The notes under the pieces were generated by a model. That model was not told where the DNA came from, made no database searches, and saw only the letters and a program-made list of their open reading frames with translations. A stretch of DNA of 26,506 nt from Planctomycetota bacterium (GTDB taxonomy: Bacteria; Planctomycetota; SZUA-567; H5-PLA8): the NCBI GenBank assembly GCA_045863855.1, contig BTVV01000083.1, positions 1 through 26,506 of the forward strand, in the 5' to 3' direction. Positions 17,411 to 25,491 of the stretch are shown piece after piece. The position numbers and the translations under genes are program-made. The number at the start of each line of letters is the position of its first letter. The first letter of the stretch is position 1.

Positions 17411-17944
17411 ATGATTCGCCTTTCCGCCAATTTGTCCCGCAAGGTCCCGATCGCGGGCGTGCAGTTCAGCAGCCAGCAATTCGGCGCGTCCTTGGAAATT
17501 GAAGTCAGCGACGCCGACAAGCCGGAAGCGATCCAGGCCAGGATTCGCGAACTCTACGACTTGCTCAATCGCAGCATCGAAGAGCAGATCACCGCAGCCT
17601 CCGAGGCCAAGGGCGAATCCGCGCCCGGCGGCAACGACCAGGAGCCGGGAGGTAACGGCCAGCCGAAGGCCCAGCCGGAGGCGCGTCGCAACGGTCGCGC
17701 TTCGCCGCCCCGCGCTCAATACCGCCGCAACACCGGAGGCAACGGCCAGGGCAACGGCGGCAACGCCGAGCGCCGCTCCGCTGGCGCAACGCAGGCCCAA
17801 CAGCGCGCGATCTTCGCGATCTGCAAACAGCAGGGCATTGAGATGGCCGACGTGTTGGCCGACTACAACGTCGCCGACGCGCGCGACCTGACCGTGATGG
17901 ACGCGTCGAAGCTGATTGACGACCTGAAGTCCCGCAGCGCCTGA
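17411..17944 (+). CDS. hypothetical protein, first large gene of the rightward arm
   Basis: AGGAG RBS. Globular N-terminus, G/N-rich linker and C-terminal ATQAQ...LTVMDASKLIDDLK helical module. Confidence 0.8.
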   Translation: MIRLSANLSRKVPIAGVQFSSQQFGASLEIEVSDADKPEAIQARIRELYDLLNRSIEEQITAASEAKGESAPGGNDQEPGGNGQPKAQPEARRNGRASPPRAQYRRNTGGNGQGNGGNAERRSAGATQAQQRAIFAICKQQGIEMADVLADYNVADARDLTVMDASKLIDDLKSRSA

Positions 17945-18009
17945 AGCATTCGACGTACCTACTTCCCGCCATCACGATCACCGTACCCGATACCTAAAAG
18001 GAGAACTTC

Positions 18010-18855
18010 ATGCCGATTCAAGCGGCAGCCGCGCCGTCGTCTATCCAGACGGCGGCCGGCCCATTGCTCGACCACCTGAGTTGGTCGGGTGTCACGACGT
18101 ATCTGCAATGTCCAAAGAAGTTCGATTACCGCTACCTGGCCGATGCGCCCGAAGAGCGCAAGTCCGCCGCGCTGCTGTTCGGCGGCGCGTTCCACCGTGC
18201 CGCCGAGGCGGCTTTCCAGGCGCGCCTGGAAGGCCGTCCATTCCCGACCGTGGCCGAACTGCTGGCCGTGTATGACCGCGCTTGGAAGGAGGAAACGGCG
18301 GCAGCGCCCGAAGTCGTGTACGCCAAAGGCGAGGACGCCGCGAGCCTGCACGCCCTGGCCGAGCGGATGCTGGTCGCGTTCGTGGAGCACCTTGACGGTG
18401 AAGCCAAGTCCGCGCCACACCGCCGAATCCTTGCATTGGAGCACGCAAGCCGATTCATGCTCCTGCCGGAGACGCCGCCTCTGGAAGCGCGGCTCGACGT
18501 GTTGGAACTCGACGGGAATGACCTGCTGGTGACGGAAATCAAGACGAGCAAATCCCGCTGGAACGACCAGAAGGTGGCCGAAGCCCTGCCGCAACTGGTC
18601 GTGTACGCGCACGCGCTCATGCCGCTGCTGCGCGAGATCGGCGCAAAGCGTATCCGGCCGCGTTTTGTCGTGGTTTCAAAAGCCAAATCGCCCGTTGTCC
18701 AGGTACTGGAACCGAAGGCGACCCAAGCCGACGTGCGGCGCTTGCGCGAACAGGCCGGCGAAGTCTGGAAAGGCATCCGTGCCGGAGTGTTTCCGGCTCG
18801 CGAAGGATGGTGGTGTACGGCGTGTCCGTTTCGAACCGCGTGCCAAGGACGATGA
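18010..18855 (+). CDS. PD-(D/E)XK nuclease, RecB/AddB/Cas4-like with probable Fe-S cluster
   Basis: LSWS..TYLQCP, G.AFH, RLD...EIKTS, QLVVY and C-terminal CTACPFRTAC (1+3 Cys); AAGGAG RBS. Confidence 0.9.
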   Translation: MPIQAAAAPSSIQTAAGPLLDHLSWSGVTTYLQCPKKFDYRYLADAPEERKSAALLFGGAFHRAAEAAFQARLEGRPFPTVAELLAVYDRAWKEETAAAPEVVYAKGEDAASLHALAERMLVAFVEHLDGEAKSAPHRRILALEHASRFMLLPETPPLEARLDVLELDGNDLLVTEIKTSKSRWNDQKVAEALPQLVVYAHALMPLLREIGAKRIRPRFVVVSKAKSPVVQVLEPKATQADVRRLREQAGEVWKGIRAGVFPAREGWWCTACPFRTACQGR

Positions 18856-18858
18856 ACC

Positions 18859-19236
18859 ATGACGATCTGGAGCAAAATGTGGACGGCGGCCAAGACCGTC
18901 CTCCCGGATACACGAACCGGCGGCGAGAGCCTTCGCGACGTTGCCGACCCCACGCTGGAACGCGCGGCGGCGAGAGCCATGGACGTGGTGGACCGCGCGG
19001 CGCAGCACGAACACGAACTGCTGGAAGACGGCGAAATGCGTGCGCGGCGGCTCGTCGAGGACGTGGACAGCCGCGTGGACGCGCAACGCGAGCGTTTGCT
19101 GGACCGCACCGAGCACGTATGTGACCGGATCACGCGCCGGCTCGTTGTACGCGTGCTCGTGGTCGGACTCGTGCTGGTGGGCGCCACCGGCGCCGTAGCG
19201 GTGGCGGCCGTGTGGGCCGCGAAACTTCTACGCTAA
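18859..19236 (+). CDS. helical protein with C-terminal membrane anchor
   Basis: Starts 3 bp after the nuclease stop; charged helical body and hydrophobic C-terminus. Confidence 0.7.
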   Translation: MTIWSKMWTAAKTVLPDTRTGGESLRDVADPTLERAAARAMDVVDRAAQHEHELLEDGEMRARRLVEDVDSRVDAQRERLLDRTEHVCDRITRRLVVRVLVVGLVLVGATGAVAVAAVWAAKLLR

Positions 19237-19305
19237 GTCCTACTCAGTCGCTCTCGCGCCGCGCGGCACGGGTGCCTTCCCACCCCAACCTTTGGAGAAA
19301 CCATA

Positions 19306-19533
19306 ATGACCGCTGAAAACGTGGCCTTGATTCCACCCCGCCGCCGGGACCAGCTCTTCGGCGAGATCAAGAAGCTCGTCGCCGAGATCGACGCGCAGAA
19401 CCGCAGCCTGGGCGCGGTGGACGAGGACGGCGCCCTGATTGACGAAGCGCTGGAACAGATCGCGGGCCTGCTCGCCGCGGAAGTCAGCCGCGCCAAACGG
19501 CAAAGCCGCAGGCGTACCGCCGTAGCCGCGTAA
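19306..19533 (+). CDS. hypothetical protein (75 aa)
   Basis: GGAG RBS and high GC at third positions. Confidence 0.7.
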   Translation: MTAENVALIPPRRRDQLFGEIKKLVAEIDAQNRSLGAVDEDGALIDEALEQIAGLLAAEVSRAKRQSRRRTAVAA

Positions 19534-19551
19534 TCGTGCCGATCCTGTAGG

Positions 19552-19655
19552 GCCGCTCGCAAGCCAGCAGGCATCACAAGCCGTGCCCCGGCACGGCGGC
19601 GCGGGGCTACGCCGGTACCGGGCCGGCGAAGATGCCCCGCGGCGGGCGGCTTTTT
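19552..19655 (+). terminator. multibranch GC-rich structure followed by T5 (terminator/attenuator candidate)
   Basis: 19552-19560 pairs with 19642-19650; inner stems 19580-19597 and 19600-19641; TTTTT at 19651-19655. Confidence 0.45.
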
Positions 19656-19717
19656 CATTCACACGCACCATCCTCTTCACCACAACCACACCCGAATCTC
19701 ATGTGAAAGGTCCATCC

Positions 19718-20794
19718 ATGCCCATGGAAAGCACCACGTTGTATTACAGGGAAGGCAACTCCGACAAAGTGTATCAGGCGCGCATCGAACCGCAGGACGC
19801 GGGCTACGTCGTGAACTTCGCTTTCGGACGGCGCGGAAGCACGCTCCAGACCGGCACGAAGACGGCTTCGCCGGTGCCGCTCGACGAGGCCAGGAGGATC
19901 TACGAACGGCTCGTGCAGTCGAAGCAGGCGAAAGGGTACACGCCGGGCGAGGACGGCACGCCGTACTCAGGCACCGAGAAGGCCGAGCAGGATTCGGGAC
20001 TGCGGCCCCAACTCTTGAACGCGATCACCGAAGACGAAGTCGAGCCCTACCTGCTCGATCCCGCGTATTGGCTCCAGGAGAAGAAGGACGGCCGGCGCGT
20101 GCTGGTCCGTAAGGCCGATGGAGAAGTCACGGGCATCAACCGGCGCGGGCTGACGATGGGTTTGCCCGAAACCATCGTCAAGGCCGCGCGCGCGTTACGC
20201 GCCGACTTCGTCCTCGATGGGGAAGCCGTAGGCGACCGGATCTTCGCCTTCGACTGCCTGGAACGCGGCGCGTCGAAGCTGGAGAAGCTGCCCTACCGCG
20301 ATCGGTGGCGCATTCTGCTCGAACTGGTCGGCGGTCGCGGCGGCGCCATAGAGGTCCTGCCCACGGCGGCGGCGAGCGGGGACAAGCGCGATCTGCTGCG
20401 GTTTCTGCGGGAACGGAACGCCGAAGGCGTCGTCCTGAAAGACCGTGGCGCGCCGTATACGCCGGGGCGGCCGGCCAGCGGGGGGCCGCAACTCAAACTG
20501 AAGTTCACGGCCACCTGCTCCTGCATCGTCGCGCCGGGCCGTAACGGCAAGCGCAGCGTCGGCCTGGAACTGCTCGACGGGCTTAAGCTCGTGCCCGTCG
20601 GCCACGTCACCATCCCGCCAAATACGACCATCCCCAAGGTCGGCGGGGTCATCGAAGTGCGCTACCTCTACGCTTACCAGGGTGGCGCGCTCTACCAGCC
20701 GGCTTTCTTGGGCCGCCGCACCGACATCTTGACCGCCGCCTGTACCCTCGCCCAACTGAAGTTCCGCCGTGAAGACGGCGAAGACGAAGCCTGA
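19718..20794 (+). CDS. WGR-domain ATP-dependent DNA ligase
   Basis: N-terminal WGR-like domain (SDKVY...FGRRG...KQAKGY); ligase motifs I EKKDG, III LDGE, IIIa FAFD, IV EGVVLK and V KLK; C-terminal OB-like segment. Confidence 0.9.
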   Translation: MPMESTTLYYREGNSDKVYQARIEPQDAGYVVNFAFGRRGSTLQTGTKTASPVPLDEARRIYERLVQSKQAKGYTPGEDGTPYSGTEKAEQDSGLRPQLLNAITEDEVEPYLLDPAYWLQEKKDGRRVLVRKADGEVTGINRRGLTMGLPETIVKAARALRADFVLDGEAVGDRIFAFDCLERGASKLEKLPYRDRWRILLELVGGRGGAIEVLPTAAASGDKRDLLRFLRERNAEGVVLKDRGAPYTPGRPASGGPQLKLKFTATCSCIVAPGRNGKRSVGLELLDGLKLVPVGHVTIPPNTTIPKVGGVIEVRYLYAYQGGALYQPAFLGRRTDILTAACTLAQLKFRREDGEDEA

Positions 20795-20855
20795 TCCGCA
20801 CCTGCGTTCCTCGTTTGTCGGACTAGTCCATTAAACCCTTCAAGGAGGAAGGTCC

Positions 20856-21611
20856 ATGTTGATGTTGTCCAAAGCCCAGGAAGTCTCGCGCCACGATCTG
20901 GGCGCGATCCCCACGCCAAAGTCCACGGATACGTGGCGTCCCGTGCCGCACCTGGAAGTCGTCGAAACCCTGCTGCGGCGCGCCCAGGCCAAGGGTCTGC
21001 GCGTGACCGGCGAGCGCTACGCCGTCATGGACGGGTCGCTGTACCCCCAGCCGGGCGTGCAAGTTTCGCTGCGCGGCGCGCGCATGTTCGGGTCGCTGGA
21101 TTTCGCGCCGATCCCGGGCCTGAGATTCCCGCCGGGGTGCATGCCGTCCGCCGGCATCCGCAACAGCCACGACAAGTCGTTCGCGCTCTCGATCCTGAGC
21201 GGAGCGCGCGTGCTGGTCTGCGCCAACGGCGTCCTGAGCGCCGAGCACGTGATCAGCCGGAAGCACACCAGCGGCCTGGAGCTGACCGCCGAAGTGGACC
21301 GTGCGCTCGATGCCTTCCTGGCGAGCACGACTGCGTTCCACGACACCTACATGCAGTTGCGTGGCACGAGCCTCTCGAAAGCCCGGTCCCATCACTTGGT
21401 GGTGGAACTGGCCCGGGCGGGCGCGTTCTCGTCCTCCGATATCGTGCCCGTTGTTGAGGAGTTCGAGAACCCGCGCCATCCGGAGTTCCGGGAGCGCAAC
21501 GCCTGGACGCTTTACCAGTCGGCGACCGAGGTCATGAAGCGCCAATCGCCGGCGCGGCAGGTGGACGGCTTCAAGGCGCTGAATTCGGTCCTGTTGGAAC
21601 TGGTCAACTGA
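20856..21611 (+). CDS. DUF932-family protein
   Basis: TDTWRPVPH, GIRNSHDKS, GARVLVCANG, RKHT and NAWTLYQ motifs; AAGGAGG RBS. Confidence 0.85.
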   Translation: MLMLSKAQEVSRHDLGAIPTPKSTDTWRPVPHLEVVETLLRRAQAKGLRVTGERYAVMDGSLYPQPGVQVSLRGARMFGSLDFAPIPGLRFPPGCMPSAGIRNSHDKSFALSILSGARVLVCANGVLSAEHVISRKHTSGLELTAEVDRALDAFLASTTAFHDTYMQLRGTSLSKARSHHLVVELARAGAFSSSDIVPVVEEFENPRHPEFRERNAWTLYQSATEVMKRQSPARQVDGFKALNSVLLELVN

Positions 21612-21613
21612 AC

Positions 21614-21648
21614 GAAGGGCCGCGCCGCTTACCACGGCGCGGCCCTTC
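21614..21648 (+). terminator. 14-bp perfect stem-loop after the DUF932 gene
   Basis: GAAGGGCCGCGCCG-CTTACCA-CGGCGCGGCCCTTC; U-tract is weak. Confidence 0.6.
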
Positions 21649-21794
21649 CATTCGCCCAAGCAAGGAAGCCGCCATGAGACGGTTCACTCGCCGGATCGCC
21701 GCCAGCACGTGAACGGCGGCGCGTTGCTCGCCGTTCACGTGCTGCGCCGGGTGCTTCGGAAAGGTTGTCGCGGCACGTATGTAGATGGTGGTAA

Positions 21795-21826
21795 CCCCTA
21801 TTTTTCTGGGACGGACTCGATAAGAT
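21795..21826 (+). promoter_or_regulatory. putative element-specific promoter CCCCTATTTTTCT-N13-TAAGAT
   Basis: Second copy of the motif at 9725-9756. Confidence 0.55.
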
Positions 21827-21864
21827 TGGGCTGTCGGATCGAGGCGGGTTGGGGGAGGGACGGT

Positions 21865-22392
21865 ATGCCTGAGAGTCCAGAAACCAAGCCGCCCGAAGCG
21901 GCCGACGAAACCATCGCCGATGTTTTGTTGAAGCTCGCCCAGGCCGGCGACCTGAGCAAGGTCGCACAAACCCTGTCCGGTCGCGGCGTGCTGGCCTATG
22001 AACCTCAGGATCACCAAAAAATTATTCGCCGTTGCATCGCGGCCTGCGCCCAAGCGGGCACGCCGCAGCTGGCTGATGCCCTGTTGCAATCCATGCTCGC
22101 GTTTGACGGCGCGCTGCTGTTGCGCGCACAAACGCGGGCGCTTTTTCAGATGAAGCGCGCGGACGCCGAGTCTGGCCCCACCGTCGGCCCCTTGCCCAAG
22201 GAAGCCGTGGAAGAACTCGAACGGGTTGGCCGGCTCGAAGAACGGATAGTTTTCCTGGCCCAGAACTACAGCCGGGTCCAGCGTTCGTTGGGTTTGCCTG
22301 GGTGCGGCGGCAAGCGCAAGGGGAGCGGCCAAGTGCTGCGGATGGGCGATTACCTGGATGACAACGAAGTCCCCGCAAAGGGCGGCGAGTAG
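21865..22392 (+). CDS. hypothetical protein
   Basis: GGAGG RBS before ATG 21865; predicted helical. Confidence 0.7.
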   Translation: MPESPETKPPEAADETIADVLLKLAQAGDLSKVAQTLSGRGVLAYEPQDHQKIIRRCIAACAQAGTPQLADALLQSMLAFDGALLLRAQTRALFQMKRADAESGPTVGPLPKEAVEELERVGRLEERIVFLAQNYSRVQRSLGLPGCGGKRKGSGQVLRMGDYLDDNEVPAKGGE

Positions 22393-22394
22393 CC

Positions 22395-22916
22395 ATGCCG
22401 CCCGCGGCACATCAGCAGTGGACCGAAGCGGAGTTGATGGCCTTAATCCCGCCGGAGTATCTCCAGAAATTGCATGAGCTGCGCCCCGTTCTGGAAGTGC
22501 AGGGCACGGTTTTGCTCCGCTACGAACGAGATCGGCGGCAAGCCTTCTCTCTGCGTTACCGCGCCCAGGACCCCGATGGGCGTTGGGTTCATCGAGCCGT
22601 TGCCATGGGCGGCTGGGAGTCGGGGCCGTACGCGCGGCTCTTGATCAAGAAGTGGCGGTGCGAGCGTCGGGCCAAGCGCGCCGCCGAACTGGCGGAAGCG
22701 GCCCGGCAGGCGCGGCTGGAAGCGCGGGCGCGCCGATTAGAACGCCAGCTGGTCCGCAAGATCCTGCCCGGCGGAAAGTTGTTCAAACGCAGGGCGATGA
22801 AAGCGTTCGACGAGGCGGCCGGCAAGAGCCCACTGCACGCGCTCGGATTCCTGCACGGCATGGACGACTTGCAGCCTGCTCGGCCGGGTCGTCCCCGGCG
22901 CGGGAGGCTCTGGTAG
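22395..22916 (+). CDS. basic hypothetical protein
   Basis: 173 aa, starts 2 bp after the upstream stop, Arg-rich. Confidence 0.65.
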   Translation: MPPAAHQQWTEAELMALIPPEYLQKLHELRPVLEVQGTVLLRYERDRRQAFSLRYRAQDPDGRWVHRAVAMGGWESGPYARLLIKKWRCERRAKRAAELAEAARQARLEARARRLERQLVRKILPGGKLFKRRAMKAFDEAAGKSPLHALGFLHGMDDLQPARPGRPRRGRLW

Positions 22917-23068
22917 CGCGACAGAGCACATACGACGGGCTTCTCCGGGCTCGTTTCCCAACCCCGCCGGAAGTGCGTTTTCAACCCAGGTGCATGTACC
23001 CGCATTCTGGGCGCGTCCGAACCTAGCCCCAGCCCCTGCAAAACCACCAATATAAGGAAGGTCCAACC

Positions 23069-23335
23069 ATGCTCACGAAAAGCAGGTCACGTCGCCAGGC
23101 TCGCAGCGGGCTACAGTGCCCGCATTGCGGGAACGCCGTTTTCTGGTCGCTGTACCGTGCCGTGATCCGAGTCGAACACATGCAGCAAACCGGCCCCCGG
23201 ACCTGGCGCCGTATGCGGACGGAGAATCGGCGCTACGATTTGCCGCTTCCGCTCTGCATGGTTTGCGAGCGCTGCGGGCACCCCGCGCCGGTACCGGAAA
23301 GAGTTCGTGCTTCTTCGGCTAGCCATGCCCCTTGA
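23069..23335 (+). CDS. small zinc-ribbon protein
   Basis: CPHC...CERC pairs; AAGGAAGG RBS. Confidence 0.65.
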   Translation: MLTKSRSRRQARSGLQCPHCGNAVFWSLYRAVIRVEHMQQTGPRTWRRMRTENRRYDLPLPLCMVCERCGHPAPVPERVRASSASHAP

Positions 23336-23359
23336 CGACAGCGCCAGATATGGTACGAA
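23332..23359 (+). promoter_or_regulatory. possible sigma70 promoter for the excisionase-integrase unit
   Basis: TTGACG-N16-TACGAA with a TGn extended -10. Confidence 0.3.
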
Positions 23360-23595
23360 ATGTTCAGCGACTACGCGCGATGACAGCGCATCGCTCGATC
23401 AACCATCGAGGATCTGAGCCGCAGGTAAACCGCGAGAAGTGATGCGCGAACGCCTCGGCCGGTCGCTACCCCAAGTTGTTGATATTAGTCGTTCCAACGG
23501 CGCCCGTCGGCGTGCCGTCTTCGCTTGGGTTTCGCCCTGCCCCTTCCGCACCTTCCTCGCTCCTGTGGCCGGACTCGGCATTGCCGGAGTGCCGG

Positions 23596-23946
23596 ATGCA
23601 GAAGCCGAAACAGCCTTCCGAACACCATCTAAAGCTAGAGTCCGAAGTACATCCACCCGACTTCGAGGCAGAAGAGCCGGTCAATGCGACCGAGACTCGT
23701 GACCCTCGGCAGCCGGGTTCTTCATCCGCCTCCCTCCTGGTGGACGCCAAATCCGCGGCCGAGTTGATCGGCGTTTCTCCATCCACCTTTTGGAAGCTGC
23801 ACTCGCAAGGCCGCATCCCGAACCCGATGCGGCTTGGGGGGCGTGTTGTTCGTTGGCGCCGCGAAGAACTTAGCGCTTGGGTGCGCGCCGGCTGCCCTGC
23901 CCGCCACCTTTGGCGGCCTGACGATCGAACGAAGAGTAGGAGCTAA
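23596..23946 (+). CDS. AlpA-family excisionase / recombination directionality factor
   Basis: LLVDAKSAAELIGVSPSTFWKL...GRIPNPMRLGGRVVRWRREELSAW; lies directly before the integrase. Start codon uncertain. Confidence 0.85.
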   Translation: MQKPKQPSEHHLKLESEVHPPDFEAEEPVNATETRDPRQPGSSSASLLVDAKSAAELIGVSPSTFWKLHSQGRIPNPMRLGGRVVRWRREELSAWVRAGCPARHLWRPDDRTKSRS

Positions 23947-23950
23947 TCAA

Positions 23951-25192
23951 ATGAGAATCTTCAAGGCTACGTACAAGGATCGCAACGACCAGCGCCGGAC
24001 ATCGGCGAAGTGGTATGGGGAGTTCAAGGACCACAACCAGCGAGTTCGAAGGGCTCCCCTCGTTACTGACAAGGCCGCGAGCCTTGAGCTGGGCCACAAG
24101 ATCGAGCGGTTGGTCGCGCTCAAAGTTTCGGGTGAAAGCCCGGATCTCGACTTGGCCAAATGGATGGTGGCCGCGCCGAGGCATGTCATGCGCAAGCTGG
24201 TTGAGTGGGGTGTTGTCGAATCCAGCCGCCTCGGGGCGATGAAGTCTTTCAAGGAGCATTTGGAAGACTATCTGGACGACTTGTCCGCTGCGGGAAATTC
24301 GGCGAAGCACGCCATCGTTTCACATGCGCGCGCGAAGCGGGTCATAGAGGGATGCCGGTTCGGATTCATCTCGGACGTCAACCGGGAGGCCATCAAGGAG
24401 TTCTTAGGGAGGCTTCTCAAGAAGGGGAGGATCGGTCCCAAGACCTACGGATACTATGTTCGCGACTTGAAGGCGTTCTTTAAGTGGATGCGCCGGTCCA
24501 GCAGGCTTCGAGAGGACCCTGTGGAGCATTTGGAGGGGTTGGGCGCCTCCGCGATCGCGAAGGGGAGGCGCCGGATTCGGCGTGCTTTGACCATCAAGGA
24601 GATTTTGCTGCTTCTCGTGTCAACCTGTGACCAGCCCTTCCGGTACGGCATGAAAGGGCAGGAGCGGGCGCTGGTCTACCGCCTGGCTCTTGAGACCGGA
24701 CTACGGGCAGCGGAGCTTGCAAGTCTAAGGCGGGCAAGCTTCCATCTAGGCGCCAAGCCAGCAACGGTCTTTCTCTCCGGAGCGTCCACAAAGAACCTGC
24801 GGGATGCAGAGCTGCCGCTTCGGAATGAAACCGCACTTCTGCTACGGGACCATTTGGCGGCGAAGCTGCCCGGTGCGAAGGCGTTTGCCATGCCACCCAG
24901 TACGGAGACCGCACGGATGCTCCGGGCGGATTTGGCCGCGGCCGGGATTCCCGATAAGGATTCCCAGGGCCGAGTCGTTGATTTTCATGCCCTACGGCAC
25001 ACCTTCCTGACCCTCCTGGCCGCCAGCGGGGTACACCCTAAAGTTGCCCAAGACTTGGCTCGCCATTCGGACATAAACTTGACCCTCTCCAGGTACAGCC
25101 ATACCATCCTGGAACAGCGCTCGGAAGCAGTGGATCGGCTCCCCAAATTCGACAAAGTCGATGTCCAGGACGCGGAGACGGGGCCGAATTAG
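23951..25192 (+). CDS. tyrosine recombinase / phage-type integrase
   Basis: Catalytic R (TGLRAAE), K (STKN), HALRH, ARHS and Y (SRYSH); AGGAG RBS before ATG 23951. Confidence 0.95.
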   Translation: MRIFKATYKDRNDQRRTSAKWYGEFKDHNQRVRRAPLVTDKAASLELGHKIERLVALKVSGESPDLDLAKWMVAAPRHVMRKLVEWGVVESSRLGAMKSFKEHLEDYLDDLSAAGNSAKHAIVSHARAKRVIEGCRFGFISDVNREAIKEFLGRLLKKGRIGPKTYGYYVRDLKAFFKWMRRSSRLREDPVEHLEGLGASAIAKGRRRIRRALTIKEILLLLVSTCDQPFRYGMKGQERALVYRLALETGLRAAELASLRRASFHLGAKPATVFLSGASTKNLRDAELPLRNETALLLRDHLAAKLPGAKAFAMPPSTETARMLRADLAAAGIPDKDSQGRVVDFHALRHTFLTLLAASGVHPKVAQDLARHSDINLTLSRYSHTILEQRSEAVDRLPKFDKVDVQDAETGPN

Positions 25193-25200
25193 GATCCATC

Positions 25201-25264
25201 TGCTTGGCGGAATGCTTGGCGGAATTTGCCGGATTTGGGCGGACTAATACGGACCTTGACGGAC
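25201..25264 (+). repeat. tandem TGCTTGGCGGAA x2 plus phased CGGA repeats (candidate integrase arm / Xis sites)
   Basis: CGGA starts at 25208, 25220, 25230, 25240, 25250 and 25260. Confidence 0.7.
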
Positions 25265-25285
25265 CCTCCCAGAGGGGAAGTCGGC

Positions 25286-25374
25286 GCCGGAGTGGCGGAA
25301 CTGGCAGACGCAGTGGATTCAAAATCCACCGAGGTTCACCCCTCATGAGGGTTCAATTCCCTCCTCCGGCACCA
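25286..25374 (+). tRNA. tRNA-Leu(CAA)
   Basis: Acceptor stem GCCGGAG/CTCCGGC, discriminator A plus encoded CCA, anticodon arm GTGGA-TTCAAAA-TCCAC, long variable arm and GGTTCAATTCC T arm. Confidence 0.97.
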
Positions 25375-25407
25375 AATTACATAAATATAAGGACTTATAT
25401 AAACGGC

Positions 25408-25454
25408 GTTATACAAAAAGTTATACGGAAATGTTATACGGATGTTATACGGAT
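25408..25454 (+). repeat. four GTTATAC direct repeats (candidate arm-type sites) upstream of TATAAT at 25460-25465
   Basis: Copies start at 25408, 25420, 25433 and 25444. Confidence 0.75.
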
Positions 25455-25491
25455 GTCTGTATAATAGGCTTGGCAAGGAGGCCGCCAAGCC

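Larger units (their letters stand above)
9383..25285. mobile_element. PolA-encoding integrative element adjacent to the 5' end of tRNA-Leu (left boundary not determined)
   Basis: Integrase and AlpA excisionase at the right end, divergent replication and recombination arms, XRE repressor, and a promoter motif shared between 9.7 kb and 21.8 kb. No attL repeat found by eye. Confidence 0.75.

Noticed and set aside
18010..18855. Cas4-like nuclease as evidence of CRISPR-Cas
   Set aside because: No cas1/cas2 and no repeat-spacer array in the window; solo PD-(D/E)XK nucleases are common in mobile elements.
23583..23605. GCCGGAGTGCCGGATGCAGAAGC resembling the tRNA-Leu 5' end (possible att copy)
   Set aside because: Only 9 contiguous identical bases in GC-rich DNA, and it overlaps the excisionase start; likely chance.
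25408..25454. GTTATAC repeats as a mini-CRISPR
   Set aside because: The units are 7 bp with 4-6 bp gaps, far too short; their position fits integrase arm sites.
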